64,000 nt of DNA, from NCBI RefSeq assembly GCF_009914755.1, contig NC_060926.1, one strand, 5' to 3'. This stretch comes from the human T2T-CHM13v2.0 reference genome, Homo sapiens. Under the pieces are notes generated by a model. The model did no database searches and was not told where the DNA came from. It saw nothing but the letters and a program-made list of their open reading frames with translations. A program made the translations under genes and the position numbers. Shown here piece by piece: positions 47,724-61,736 of the stretch (position 1 is the stretch's first letter; the number at the start of each line of letters is the position of its first letter).

Positions 47724-49939
47724 CTCTCACCATGTTTTAAAATATTAATGAATTAACAACTAAAAAGCAGGAGACTTCACAGAAAATTCCAGATTTCTCA
47801 TGGCTCTTGAAATACTGTGAGCATCTGACAATCCTGAGCCTGTTTTCCTGTTTGGTGGAAACCCGCAGGAGCTGGGCTGCCCTCCCACTGCCGTCATTGC
47901 TATTGATGGCCTGTGTCTGTGGGACATTTATAAATGTTCACCATCATCCCTTTACCGAAAGATGCTCTTTGATTTATAAAAACCAGGGAAGGTCTAGTCC
48001 AGAAGGTCAGGCAGCTGCACAATGTCAAGTTAGTGCTGAGTGTGGACAGCCAAGGATGCTATTAGCTGAGGGAGCAACAGTGGAGATACTGGTTGAGAAG
48101 TTCATCTCAGATTGGGAGCTGAGTGTAAGAGGACAGGGCTGGGTTGGGGCCACAGGCAAGGCCAGAGCAGGTCCCAGGTGCAGCCCACCAATCCAAGTGG
48201 ACCTGGGAGAAGCCTGACTTGTAGGGGATGGTCCCCAGTAGAGGCCTCTAGGACTCCTTGGACAGGCTCTGGAATTCCTAGTTCTGAGAGAAGGGCCAGA
48301 GTATGGGCTCAGCTTCAAGGCCTACAAACAAGTCATTTGTCCAAAATGGTCATTAGCAAGACCTCCGGTGATCCTACTCCTCTTTAAGCCAGAGGGCTAT
48401 GGAGGCCAGACCTACTCTGCCTCTTTGAGCTGGCCCCAGTGGTGATGGGGTCTCCTTGCATGGTTGAGAAGACCATGGGCTGGGGGAGGCAACAGATGAT
48501 TAGGCCAGTAGCACATGGCCGTTGGGGTGGGGATACAGTACAGCCTTCGGTCACAGATCAGGGAAGAGTGAACTGGCTGGTGTAGGGATTGAGCCTGAGA
48601 CTGGTCTCATTCACATTGAAACTTCCCAGAGCAGACCATGACTCCCAGAATGTCGCTGTAGTTCCTTAGAGACCTATGTGCTCTTCCATAAATACTGTAT
48701 CATCGTGGGTTTCCTGACACGCAGGTTCCAGTAGATTGAGGTGGGAGGAAGAACAGGCTGAGTGATCCTAACTGGAGCCCTCCCCAAGGCCAAGGCCACT
48801 GACTCATGTTCCCACAGGCCATCTTTTCCTTGGTTTCAGGGAACTGCTGTTGGCTAGTAGCCCTTAGCTGTGGGCGGGAAAATTGCATCTTCAAGACATA
48901 GAATACTTAGTACTCTTTATTTATGTATCCTTTCTAACCACAGTGAAAGGCAAAACCATCTAGAGAGCTAGAGTTTCCAACCATGGCCACACCCCAAGTC
49001 TTTGCCCCCAGGTCCTCATGTTCTCTTGGGAGAGCTGCTACTTTGCAGCCAAGTGGAAAATTGGTGTGAGGTCAGAAAGGCCCTGGGCAGGGCCGCTCCC
49101 AGCTTCTCTTCTCTGTGCCAGGCTGCCCAAAACCCTGGTCTCCATCCCAAATTAACTTACTCATCAGAGGAGATACTTTTACCATTAAAAATCTACAATT
49201 CATGGTTCAAGATGGCAAGCCCATAAGTCAAACTTTCTCTCTCCAAAATTCCCATGGAAAATGAACAAATGTAGGAAGAGTGCTGAAAAGTGAATTAGTG
49301 CTGGGAAACAGAGAAGGTTGATCTCCACAGGCTTCAGAAAGTGTCTTCAACATACTGCATAGATGGGTTGGATGGAAGGAAGGATGTACCAACTCGTGCA
49401 TATTGGGCATGTATTGGAAAACCCCTCCTGGGAAGAAAGTGGAGGCCCCAAAGAGCCTCAAGCTTGGAATGCTAGGCTCCTAAGGGCATGGGGCTGTGGA
49501 ACAATTTTGGAAAGGGTGGTGGGGTTTAGCACATGGGTGGGTGGAAGCCGTGGGTGCTCTGAGTGGCTCAGCTTACATCAGCTAAAGCACAAATCACCAA
49601 TGGGGGACCCTGAGAGCTGTGTTCTGTTTCCTAATGCATGATGCTCCCTATAGGATCTGTCTTCTTCTTCCCACAGTCTACCTTCTTAATTCAGACACAG
49701 ACAACACCCTCAAAGGCACAGCAACATTGAGGTGGACTGGCAGTGGGGCAGTTAGTTGACAGGGCAAGGGCAAAGGTGGCAAGTTATCCAGAAGCTCATA
49801 GGATAATCCCCCTTAGTTGGTGACATGCCATCCTTCACCTGTATGTATCCTGAGCTGGGACAGATTGTGGTAAGAAGTCTGAGGAATGGGAAAGGATATC
49901 TTTAGATCCTGAAGATCATCTTAGATATGACTCAGAGAT

Positions 49940-50100
49940 AGCAATGCATCCGTTCTTGTGCCAGGCCAGCCACTTACCAGCTGTGTGACTTCTGGACCTC
50001 AGTTTCCTCATCTGTTAAAATAGGTCTAATCTCAGCACCTACTGCATAAGATTTTTGTGAGGATTACATGTGATGTGTGTAAGGCACCGTAGCTTAGTGA
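49940..50100 (+). mobile_element. MIR
   Basis: ccacttaccagctgtgtgact...cctcagtttcctcatctgttaaaatagg. Confidence 0.8.
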
Positions 50101-50209
50101 TTTCAGGATTACTACTTCAAACTAGTTCCCCTAGATTCAGTGCTAGGCACTGAGAACCCAGGCAGAGGTAGATGTTTAAATAGTATTTGTTAAATTTGTT
50201 ATTATCATT

Positions 50210-50730
50210 CATTTCAGTTATCTGATGCTACAAAACAAATCCTAGTGACTTACCCCAAAACATAGGGGCTTAGAACAACAAAATATAACTATTACCACAA
50301 ATGGTTTCTTGTGGATCAGGAATCCCAGGCACCTTGGCTGGGTGGCTCTGGCCTGAGCTTTCTGAGGAAGGTTCAGTGAAATGTCAGCCAGGATTGCAGT
50401 CATCGAAGGCTAGAGTGGGGCTGGAGGAGTCACCTTCAAGGTGGCTCATTTGTGTAGTTAGCTAATTGGTGCTGCCTGTTGGCAAAGGCCTTGTTCCTCC
50501 GTGTGGGTCTCTCCATGTGGCTTGGGCTTCCTCACATAATAGTGTCTTGGTTCCAAAGGTGAGCATCCTGACACCCAGAGAGAGAAAGAGAGAGAGAGAA
50601 CCAGCAGGAACATCAAGCTTCTGCCATACTCCATTGGTCAGGCAATCACAGTCCCTGCCCAGATTTGAGTGGGGGAAACTAGACCCCACATCCCATTGGG
50701 AGGGATGAAATGGGATAAATACATGTGAGT
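50210..50730 (-). mobile_element. MLT1F/G/H-type LTR
   Basis: gtggatcaggaatcccagg...ggggctggaggagtcaccttcaaggtggctca...cttctgccatactccattggtca. Confidence 0.75.
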
Positions 50731-51149
50731 ACAAATATGTGTCCTTGGAACATAAAATCTGACACATTATTGTTCTTCTTATTATTAGAATTTGAGAGAG
50801 AAGCTTCATACCCACCTTTTGTAAAAGTTACTGGCAGTCAGAAACTGGTCTTGTCTGTCCCATGTGTGAACAGAGGTGGACCTTTCTTGCCAAGCTCCTG
50901 GATTGATAAACAACGTCTGGAAATTTTTTTTTAATGAAAATCTTGGCTGGGTTAGTGATGGAGCATGAGAAACAGAACACAAAGAACTATTCAATGATTC
51001 ATCAAATTTATATCATATTGCAAAATTCTTGCACTTAAAAAAACTGGCTGTGAAAATCAGTGTCATAGGTACCCATGATATGTGGTTTTAAAGAAGAACA
51101 GAGGTGGAAGCACAGACTTTAGAGTGTCTGGAGGGAATCTCCCTCACTT

Positions 51150-52020
51150 GGCTTTATGGTCTCCAGTCTACTCCATCCTCTGACCCTGTTCAACCCCTTA
51201 CTCTCAATGTATGACCTTGCATCCTTCTCAGAGAAAATAGGAACCGTCACATGGAGCACTCTCACCTTTGCACCACCAAATCGGCACTCCCCCTTGTGTC
51301 TTTTTTAAAATCTCCTCTTCCTTTTCCCCATTACAATGAAAGAGTGGTCCCTCTTCTGACTGCAGCTAGCTCCTCTTTGCCTGCTCTGGATCCCATCCCA
51401 CTTCTTCATTCCAAGGACCACTAACATGTCGACCCCCACCGCTGTCTGTCTTTGACATTTTGCTTGTATTTTCCCCTTTTCAACAGTTCATGCCATTCCC
51501 ATATTTAAAAGCACCTAAGAAATCCCCATCAACAACACCAATCAAAACTACCACCAACACCAGTACAAATAATCCTCTACACAGGCTGTACCCCCCACCA
51601 CTCCCATCTGATTCCCTGCAGGTACTGTCCTGTCTTCCTGCTCCCTTCACAGATAAACTTGCCCTAAACAATTGTCTTCACTTACAGTCCCCACGTTCTC
51701 ATATCTCACTCCTTCCTCAGTTCACTTCAATCTAGTATTTGCCTACATAACTTCACTGGAATTGCTCCCACTGTTGTCCTCAGTCAATCCAGTGGACACC
51801 TGTGGTCCTTCCCATCATGCTGGGTCTCTCTGTGGCAGTCTCCACTACTGACTACACTCTTGTGTGTAGAAACCATCTCTTATCTAGGCTTCTGGAACTA
51901 AACACTCTTGGTTTGCCTTTTAGACAGACTCCTCCCTCCTCTGCTTAACCGTTAAGCTTTGCAGTTTCTCAGGCACCCTCTTAACGGAATCTTCTCCTCT
52001 CACTTCCAATAGTCTGAGGA
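51150..52020 (+). mobile_element. L2 LINE fragment
   Basis: ttctcagagaaaataggaacc...gctctggatcccatccc...aatccagtggacac; pyrimidine-rich L2 ORF2 region. Confidence 0.65.
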
Positions 52021-52814
52021 GAGATGGATTGAAAAAAAAAATGCATCCAAGCAGTTCAGACCCCAACAGTATTCCTCTCTTTGGGGCATCTCCTCCTATG
52101 GACATTCTCCTCCTCTACTCACCCTTCACCAGCTCTTCCTGAGTTGGCTGAATGGGAGCACTTGAGGGGGATAGTAGGAGTACATATTAGGGATCCCTAT
52201 TGTGGGCACAGATTGAGTCAGCCTTTCCAGTTTTATCAATAATAAAACATATTTTTTTATTTCCATCTGACACCTGTGCCTTATCTCTTAAATTTTAAAG
52301 GAGAAGAACGAGTTATTGTTTATGGTTGTATTCAAATTCCAACATACATAATTACTGTCCGGTTGCCCTACCAGGCAGTCAACTCCATGAGGTCAGAGAC
52401 TACCTCCGTATTGTCCACTCTGATTCCTCAGCACCCAGCATAGCCCCCAACACATTTAAGACAGTAACACTTGTATAGAATATTTCAATTTTCAAAACAC
52501 ATTTGCATAAATATTGCATGTAATTTTTACCATAATAGTATTCTGCACTCCCATCTTCCCCAGACCCACTTTTAAAGTTAGGGATTAAAGTCTGAGAGAG
52601 ATTAAACAATGGAGATTGAGAGCCATTGAACTAATAAATTTTCCAGGATGTAAAGAGAAGTTTTTCTAATATTAATAACAATTTTTCTAAGTCCTGGTGT
52701 TTCAATAATTGTTATACAACTTGGGTATGCAACTGAATCTATATGAAATGTTTTAAAATAAATCTACAATTAAGAGATTTGCCAGTGTGCTCAGTAATTT
52801 TCAGATTTGTCAGC

Positions 52815-54695
52815 TTCTTCATTTCCAGAATGGCAGAATGAGGAGATTGTCAAATCCTCTCCCCAAAAAGTAATAATAAAACTGGACAAAATTATCAAAA
52901 ACAACCATCTCAGGACTGAAAATTGACCAAAGCCATACAACAAATTGAGAAGCATTTACTCAAGATAAACTACTGAACCTCAGGTAAGAAAAATAGTGTG
53001 TGGTATTTTTAAGCCTGGGGCTACTTCATTTTCCCATCCCCCAGCTTAGTCAATGCAGTAATTCTACCAGGGAAAGCATACCTTAAAAACCAGCACCTCA
53101 CCTGCTAGAGGTGGCTTATTTGGTTAAAAGCTGTGCACAGAAAGACCCCATGCTCAGATGTGTTGCTGAAAATAAGTAGAAATCTCAGTGGCAAATGAAC
53201 AAGAAAGGAAATGTCATGGCTAGCTCAAAGTTTAGATACTGCTTGGAGCAACCAAGACTGGCAGACTAGCCAGAAATTTAACAAGGAGGTCCAAGTCATG
53301 AGATATTCATAGTGGACTTTGATAAGCTTTTCCGTATACCTGAAAGTATAGAAGAGTGTGCACATGTGCAAAGGTATGAGCATGTTCAGGAAAGAACAGA
53401 GAGGGCCCTAGCTATCTACACATCCTTGGTTGAACAAGAAGCTGGAACACATACAGACAGAACATGAGATGGTCCTGAGGAAAGTAACAACCAAGAAAAC
53501 ATGTAAACTGCCTGAACTTTGAGTGCATCTCAAACCCATAAACAGATCTGTCAGCAAAGGTTGGAAAGCTTACTGGATCAAGACGTTTGAGCGCAAACTC
53601 TGACCAATAATTACATGATCACTGTGCTCTGCTGAACAAGGGATGACTCTGAGGAAGTCAGGCTTCAAAATAAAAACAACAACAATAATTTTTAAAAAAT
53701 TGAGCAGAGACATTAGCAGCCACATTCATGGGGAGACAAACTAAAGGATTAGTCCAGGAAAACCACTAAACAAAAAAACAAAGACAGTACCAAGAACAAT
53801 ACCCAAGATTGTGGGAAAACCAGAATCCAAAATTGCTACAATATATTATTTAAAATACCCAGTTTTCCACAAAAATATGCGAGTTGCAAAGAAACAGAAA
53901 AATGTGTTGCACATATAAGATAAAAAGCAGTCAGTAGAAACTATCTCTTGAGGTGCCCAGGTGTTGGAGTTAGCAGACAATGACCTCAAAACAGCTATTA
54001 TACATATGTTCAAGTAATTTAAAGTAAACCATATTTAAAGAATTAAAGGAAAGTATGATGACAATGACTCATCAAATACAGATTATCAATAAAGAGACAG
54101 AAATTTTTAAAAAGAGGTACATAGAAATTATAGAGTTGGAAATGTCAGTATCTAATATTAAAAATGTACTAGGGGAGCTCAACAGCAGAGATGAGATAAT
54201 ATAAGAAGAAAGAATCACCAAACTTGAAGATGGATCAATAGAAATTATCCAATAAAAAGTAATAAAGAAAAATGAACAGAGTCTCAGTGACCTGTGGGAC
54301 ACCATCAAGTGTACTAACATACACACAATGGGAATTCTACAAGAAAAGCAGAGAGAGAAAGGTACAGAAAAATATTTGAAGAAATAATGGTCTAAAGCTT
54401 TCTAATTTGATGAAAAACCTTAATCTACCTAGAGAGGCTCAATGAACTTCAAGTAAGATAAGCACAAAGTTCCCCAACTAGACATATAGTCAAACTTTTG
54501 AATGCCAGTGTCAAAGAGAAAATCTTGAAAACAGAAAGAGAAAACTGACTCATCATGTGTAGAAAAATTATAAGATTATCAGCAGATTTCTCATTTGAAA
54601 CAATGGAGACCACAGGATAATGGGATGACAGGTCCAAAAGATTGACACACAAATAAAGCCTGTCAACTAAGAATTCTGTATCCAGCAAAACTATC
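52815..54695 (+). mobile_element. Old L1M 5'UTR plus ORF1
   Basis: gaacagagtctcagtgacctgtgggacaccatcaagtgtactaacatac...ctaagaattctgtatccagcaaaactatcc. Confidence 0.85.
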
Positions 54696-54865
54696 CTTTT
54701 CACTCTGTTGCAATTGTCCTTTGTTACACTAAAGATTTTAATTTTGATAAAATCCAAATTATTTTTATTTTTATTTTTTGGTCTGTGCTTTTGATGTCAT
54801 ATTCAAGTAATCATTGCCAAATCCTATGTCATGAAGATTTTCCCCTATGTTTTTCTCTAAGAGTT
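54696..54865 (-). mobile_element. Inverted L1 ORF2 3' fragment
   Basis: cttttcactctgttg...tgtgcttttgatgtcatattcaagtaatcattgccaaatcctatgtcatgaagattttcccctatg. Confidence 0.8.
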
Positions 54866-56801
54866 CAAGAGGTCCTTGGTTAAGGACCTATGGGGTCCTA
54901 AGGAACTATGGGGAATACTGGGTTAAATATAACTTAAAAGACTCTTTACTGTCCTTCTTCTCAGCCTTATTAATGTACATGTTAGAGCATTGGAAATATT
55001 AGAGAGGGGTCTATATTACCAACTGATTACAGGGCCACAGAGGAGAGGGATGATAAATCAGTGCTCCATGAAATTTCAGCCCAAGAAGCACTGCACCATG
55101 TTGCCCTCTGGATCATTCTTACATTAAAACTGTACAACCTTAAGAGGAAGCTGCTATTGTTATCTCTCATTGATGAAGAGGGAGCTGAGTCTTCTAGATA
55201 TTAGTGATTTGCTCACTCTCACCACTAAGTACAGTAGCCTGGCTCCAAAGTCCAAGGCCCTAAACTCTATTCCTGCAGATTCTCCTCTCTCACCTCAGTG
55301 TAGGGCTTCTGGCTATTCTTCTCCCAAGACCACTAATCAGGACCCGCTGGTGGTCCCAAGGAGCAGGCTGAGCCTCCTATCTCCTTACAGATCTTGTCTC
55401 CTTTATAGTCCATCTCTGGATACCACTTTGCTCCACCAAACTGACTGCAGAAAGGAAAGCAGACTCCCTATCCACTAAAGAGAAATGAACAAAAGTCTAC
55501 TTTGTACTAAGGCTTTATTGTCGTCAACAGCTGATGTCAGTGAAACATTTACTATGAACCTGGCACAGTGCTAAGCCCCATGGGTTATGACATCTGCAGT
55601 TCTGCTGTGAGGTACGTGAGGGGCAGGGAAGTGTCTCAGCTCATGAGGCAGCCCAGCTCTACCAGCCATTACCTTAACCCCATGTGCAGTGAAGCAAGGT
55701 CTCAATCTTCCTGATCAGATGTTCCTTTGTGCAGATGGGTGGGTTCAGCCAGGCCAGCCAGCATGTACTCCTCCCACACACACAGGAAGGCCTTCCTGGG
55801 AGCACACTTGCGCTTCCTGCAACCCATACCCTTTCTTTTGTTACCAGCTCCCTACTTTTCCTTTGGGAAGCTCTCCTATGCCATGTGCTCCTGGAGAGAC
55901 TGTCCCTGTGTGCCATCTGCACTTCCTGCCACACCCGGGGTCCAATCACGTTATCCTTTCTGAGGGTTTGACATTGAGCAGAGGCACAGGGTCAGGGTGG
56001 GGAGCTCACTTCTCTGACAGCAGCACCTGTAAGTCTGTGCCCTGGCTCCTGTTGAGGCCACTTTTCACATTTCTATTAATATTATTATTATTTGTTAATC
56101 GGCTAAGCTGAATGGCTATTTAATAGTAGTTGGCATTGTAGGAAAGTTCCAGAATAAATATAAGTGGAATAAATCATTGAGTTCACTGACTTGTGGAGGA
56201 AGGGACTGTGCAGATTTCATCTTTCTTGAGCTGCTTCCATGTGTTCCCCATCCTCCACACCAACTTCCATGGGCTGGTCACCAGCCCACCATGACTCTAT
56301 GGGAACAGAAGAGCCTTCTCAGACTGCATGGGGAGACTCAGGTAGAAGCATTTGAGCTTATTACTAGGCCTCCAGTGTCTGACAGGGTAAGAGAAATGGA
56401 AAAGAGTGTTCCTTAGTAGCTGACACTGACTTCTGGGCAAGTCTGACTTAAACAAACAAACAGAGTTGAGGAGCAAGAAGGTAGCAAGTGTCACTCCTCT
56501 TCTCTCAACATAAATACATGCATTTAGCTCCTCTTCTTGTCCTCACCGTTTTGAAAGAACAAGTTGATTTATGAGAGCACTGGAAAGTAGGCAGATTTGC
56601 TCTGAGTGTTTGCTGAGGTGGGTGTGGAAATTCTTGAGAAGAGAGAGAGCGTGTGGGCTGGTGTGGGTAAGACTTTGAGGTGTCTGGGGACAGTGGGTTA
56701 GAATGTCTGAATCAGACTGAGCCACAGCATGGCTTCTGCAGTGAGCAGTAGGGCTGGGTGCTGGGCCCCACCCTTTGCTGGCATCCCTAAGAGGGCCATG
56801 T

Positions 56802-56856
56802 TTGTGTGTGTGTGTATGTGTGTGCGCTTGTGTGTGTGTGCACACACATGCATGCC
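56802..56856 (+). repeat. (TG)n-rich simple repeat
   Basis: tgtgtgtgtgtgtatgtgtgtgcgcttgtgtgtgtgtgcacacacatgcatg. Confidence 0.85.
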
Positions 56857-59652
56857 CATGCCTTACCCGGCTGCTCCTCACTGTGGGAGTGGGAGGGAGC
56901 AAGAAAAATACCCCCCACCCCAAGAATGACTCCTTCAAGGCAGCGCTCACCTTCTCCTGAGAGCCCATTCAGGCAGGCTGTCAATGCAGGTCTATGCAGG
57001 AAGATGTTTCTGTTTGGTTTTATTTGGTATTGTTTCCAGAGCACTTCCTAATTTCAGAGCAAATGTCTTCTCCACCACCATTGTGTGGCCTGTATTTCCT
57101 AGACTAGTTCTCTAAGAGGAACTTTAGAAAATGTATTTAGGCAGTGTGTGTTGGGGCAGGAAACTCAGGGGACAGACTGAAAACCTTCCCAGGAAAGCTG
57201 AGCCAATTGGAAAGGAAATCCTTCTCCCATCCCGGGAGTCCTGTGACTGGCTGGGAGGAAGAGGAGTAACACTTTCACATATCCATGTCTCAGGGCTGTG
57301 GTCACCATCCAACCTGCATGTGGCCCCTGCCAGGGATGCCTCACTTGTCCATAGCCTCTCCTCCCAGGGTTAGAGACCCCAATAGGGCTCTTGCAAATGA
57401 CTGAACACAGGGTAGACACTGGGGCAAGGGCAGCCCATCCATGGATAGGCCAGTGACCTGACCCTGTCCTGGCTCCTAGGCCTGAGCTGGCCAACAAGTG
57501 CTTCCCTTTAAATGTGAATTAGAGAAACCTGGGGTATGAGACTGGATCATGGGCACCTCAGGAAAGGGCTGTGAGTCCAGGCCTGGAGGCCCAGGCCAGG
57601 TACTTATGATCCTGAGAAAACCAGGGATATGGGAGTATAAGGGTCGTCTGGGAAAAAGAGGAGAATGGAAGAGAGGCTGGAGAAAAGAGGCCATGACCAT
57701 GTTGCGTGAGAACCAGATGGACAAATGGACAGGTAACTCCAGATCTGTGCGCCAGGACCCAGCAGTCTTGGGCTGTGTCCGTGCATGTGGGGGAGATTCC
57801 CCGGGTTCCTGAGTTAGCTTGCAACCTAAAGAGCCCTCGTCCAAAGCACAGTATTTTTCTTTTATTCTCACAACCGCCTGGTAGGCAGTGCTTATGACTC
57901 CCATTTTGTACATGAGTAGGCTGAGTCCAGGAGAGGGGAAGGTACTTGCGGGAGGCCACAGAGCCAGTGAGCGGCACCACCAGGAACTGACTCTGTGTCT
58001 GGACAACCTTGTAGCATAAGGCCCATTCTCATTTCTCCATTCCACCTTCCATAATCACCTCTCTTCCACTGAAACTCAACTGGTGGGGGTGGGGAGTGCA
58101 ATTAGACACTCTTGGGTTCTACAGGGTTTGCCTTGCTCTTCTGTCCCCAGTTCCAGTTTGGACATGTAGCCCAGTGACTCCTGCATTACAACGACAGGCA
58201 GAAAGTTACCCAGAAAGCTTGTTGCTGTGAGCTTCAGAGCACACGCTTTTGTTACAGGTAATTAACCTGCTTTCAGGGCACAAAAGCCATGCAGCAGCAG
58301 CTGCCAGGGAGAGTGGCTGTCCCTGAGTGCTCCAGCCTGGTGCTAGGGGGAGTCTGAGCTTCAGAGCAGGGTGGACAGGGCAGGGCAGAGAGGCTGCAAC
58401 TGCCACCCTCCACGGTGGGTGGGCGCCTTCTTTCAAGGGAGAGCTGGGAGACCTGGCTGGACTCCTAGGGATTCTCCAGAACTGAGAGGGCTCCCAGGCT
58501 GGAATCACTAGCTCTTCTCTTTTTTCTTTCCACCGCACCCTCACCCCCGGATGTGGCTCATTTCAGGACCCTACACAACTTATTTGGGAGCACTGAGATT
58601 GCTCATATTCTGTGCCAGCAACCTGTAGGCTCCCAGAGGATTCCACCCTCCTAAGAACCTTCTCCCCAGGCTCACAGATCCTTTGAATCTCCACAGTTCT
58701 CTGCTCACAGCCTGCCTGCCCCACCTTTCCATAGCTCACCCTCCTGAAAATACTCCCTTCGCTGGCTCCTCCTTTTTTGTCCTCCCTTAAATGTCTACCC
58801 AGTTTTTCTCTACCTTCTCCTGGTCTATCCCTTTTCTCAGTCAGATGCAACATGGCCTTGTGAATTAGTCCCCAGCCCCAGGGCCCGAGGCTCCCCACTG
58901 CCCACAGACTCTGAGACCTTGGGCCTGACCTTGGTGTTCCTCCATGCCCTCCTTTCTAACTACCCTGCAAAGACTTTCTAAAGTCCAAATCTTGCGACTG
59001 AATCCCATTGGGAAGATGAGAAAGGAAATGGAGTTGGGGTGGGGCTCAGAGAGCTAAACCCTTATCTTTCATTCTAGACACTCGGTGGAAAGATGATGTC
59101 CAGTGTTGTTACCCACGAGATACCAAAGTGAGCAAATTATATGGAAATTGAAGAATAGAAGTATTCAAAGGTTTGGGTGATTGGATACTTAGTTTTCATT
59201 CAAACCTTGTAGAACTGCCCGGTGTCTCTAAATTCTGTGCATGTGACATATTACCAGAATTCAAATTAATTCTTGAAGTGAATTGGAAGAGAAGAGGATT
59301 TAGAAGAAGGTTCTGACCGGTCAAAGCCAGACGCTGCCATGTGGAAACATGGGCCTTGGATAGACAAAGACAAGCCAAAAATTCTGATTTACACATGAAA
59401 CATCATGATTTTTAAATGGTGGCCAATAATTCAACAGAGACTTTAAAAGAACGTGAAGGCCACAAACAAACATCCCAGGTCTGCGGGCCATATGCCCCTC
59501 AGGGTGCCAGGGTAACGCCTCTAATAGTCATGCTGAGACAACATCCACATTAGTTTCCTGGGGCTGCTGCAACAAATTACCACAAACTTGGTGGCCGAAA
59601 ATAACACAGATCGAATCACTTGTTCTGCTGGCCCAAAGTCCAAAACTAGTTT

Positions 59653-60413
59653 TGTCAGAGGCATTGAACCAGAACGACTCCATCTTGAAGAGGGGCTGGG
59701 TGAAATGAGGCTGAGATCCGCTTGAGGCTGAGATCTGTTCTGCCGCACTCCCAGGAAGTTAGGGATTCTTAGCCACAGGATGTTTATGGTTAAGGGAACA
59801 AGTTAATAATGTTTACGCAGCCGACCCAGGACTTCACAGACCCAGGAACTGCCCCAATGGCCCGATATCTTAAGTACAAAAGCATTCTTAGTTTAAGAAT
59901 AAGTTTACTTTAGGGGTTGGGGTGGGGGGGATAGCATTTGGAGATATACCTAATGTTAAATGATGAGTTACTGGGTGCAGCACACCAACATGGCACATGT
60001 ATACATATGTAACTAACCTGCACGTTGTGCACATGTACCCTAAAACTTAAAGTATAATAAAAAAAAGAATAAGTTTACTTTAAAGATATTAATATAGATT
60101 CTTGCAGACGACAATAGTTACACAAAGACGAACAATCCTTTGTCACAAGCTCTCGTAGTAGAGCACATCGCCCCATAATTTCCTTGACTTTGTTGTCTTG
60201 TGTATAAATAAGCACTGTACCTAAGGTGGGTGCCTTCCTCCTGTTGCTTTCAGGAATGCCCTGCTCTGTCTAGGGAGTAGACATTCTTTTATTCCCTTAC
60301 TTTCTTAATAAACTTGCTTTCATTTTACTTTGTGGACTCGCCCTGAATTCTTTCTTGAGTGAGATCCAAGAACCCTCTCTGGGGGTCTGGATCCGGACCC
60401 CTTTCCGATAACA
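59653..60413 (+). mobile_element. MER41-family ERV1 solo LTR
   Basis: tgtcagaggcattgaaccagaacgactccatcttgaa...gagatccaagaaccctctctgggggtctggatccggacccctttccgataaca; 4-bp TSD gttt. Confidence 0.9.
59913..60064 (+). mobile_element. Young L1PA 3'-end insertion inside MER41
   Basis: gggatagcatttggagatatacctaatg...taccctaaaacttaaagtataataaaaaaaa; perfect 18-bp TSD aagaataagtttacttta. Confidence 0.95.
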
Positions 60414-61109
60414 GTTTGACTGGGCTGAAGTCCAGGTGTCGACAGGATTGATTTCTTCCAGGGGCTCTAGGGAGGATTCATTTCCTTGCCTTTTCCAGCT
60501 TCTGGGGGCCACCTGTGTTCCTTGGCTTATGGCCCCTTCTTCGTCTTCAAAGAGCATCACTCCAATGTCTGCTCCAGTGGTCCCATTTTCCCTCTGACTC
60601 TGACCCTCTGGCTTCCCCCTTTATAAGGACCCTGTGACGACATAGGGCCCATTTAGATATTCTAGGACAATCTCTTCATTTCAAGAGACTTAATCACATC
60701 TGCAAAGTCTTTCTTCCATGTAAGGTGACATTCAGATTCTGGGATTAGGATGTAGTCATCATTGGCTGGGGGGTCATCATTCAGCCTTTCAAACCATAGG
60801 TCTTGACTGCTAATGGGTCATGAGAGCAATTTAATGGATCATAAATAGCATTTTTATAAAAATGTGATAGAATAGAATAATAGAATAATCAGAGGCACCA
60901 CATTTGATACAGGTAAGTGCTGCCTTGTGAAATTTATCTCAGGAATACTCATCTACAGGTCTACATACCCAAGCAAATGTGTCTACAGGGTTCCAGAGCT
61001 AAAGGTTGGGCAAATTTGGAAAAACATGGCTGTAGAATATCTGTTGAATGACATTGCCTAGAGTGACCCAGTGAAGATAGAAGAGAACTTGGAGTGAGGC
61101 AATTGACCA

Positions 61110-61260
61110 TGCCTTCCCTCTGCTGTGTGACCTTCAGTAAGTCAATTAACCTCTCTGAGTTTGTTTACTGGACTGTAAAACAGGGTTATTGTAATGATCA
61201 AATGAAAAAAAAATTGTGAAAGTTCTCTGGAGACATACAAATGTCAGGCAAGGTGGTTAG
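61110..61260 (+). mobile_element. MIR
   Basis: tgctgtgtgaccttcagtaagtcaattaacctctctgag. Confidence 0.75.
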
Positions 61261-61736
61261 TGTGGTTAGTCTTCGAGAAGTGAATTGCCTTGAATAAAAG
61301 GGGTCTTATATTTGCTGTTCCCTTCGCCTTCCACACGATGGCATCCTTGAAACACAGGGAGGTGGCTGCAGGTGGCCTGTTGTGGCAGCTAGAAAAAGGT
61401 GCTAAGGATGTGGGGACATGTATTTCAAACTTTAAAGGGCCAAGGTCTCCACATGAAGGGTCGTCTCGTGAAAAGACTATATTGATATGATTTCCTTTTC
61501 CCTTCCAGTGGCAAATCCCCTCCTGACAGGCAAGCTCTTTGCCAAACAGGCGTTTTCCAGTCCTCAGAGCAGCTGCACATCATTATAAACAGTCCCTAAG
61601 TAAAGGATTGGCCCTGGACCATGTTGGGTCAATTAGCCCCTTTCTCACCTGGTTCTTTCCACCAAATTTCCAAAACGTTCAGTCTCCCACCACCCAAAAC
61701 AGAAAACCCTGGTCCCTGCACTCAGAGTTACTACCT

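Larger units (their letters stand above)
59545..60795 (-). mobile_element. MLT1D-type LTR split by MER41
   Basis: ttagtttcctggggctgctgcaacaaattaccacaaacttggtgg (59550) resumes gactgggctgaag...cttaatcacatctgcaaagtc. Confidence 0.85.

Noticed and set aside
57476-58045. 189-aa ORF and overlapping ORFs
   Set aside because: Partly MIR-derived (LSLLMYKMGVI), no recognisable domain
59653-60413. MER41 as an interferon-gamma/STAT1 enhancer
   Set aside because: I found no intact TTCNNNGAA GAS motif in this copy (nearest: ctcccaggaa, ttcaggaa), and the internal sequence does not look like the MER41B type
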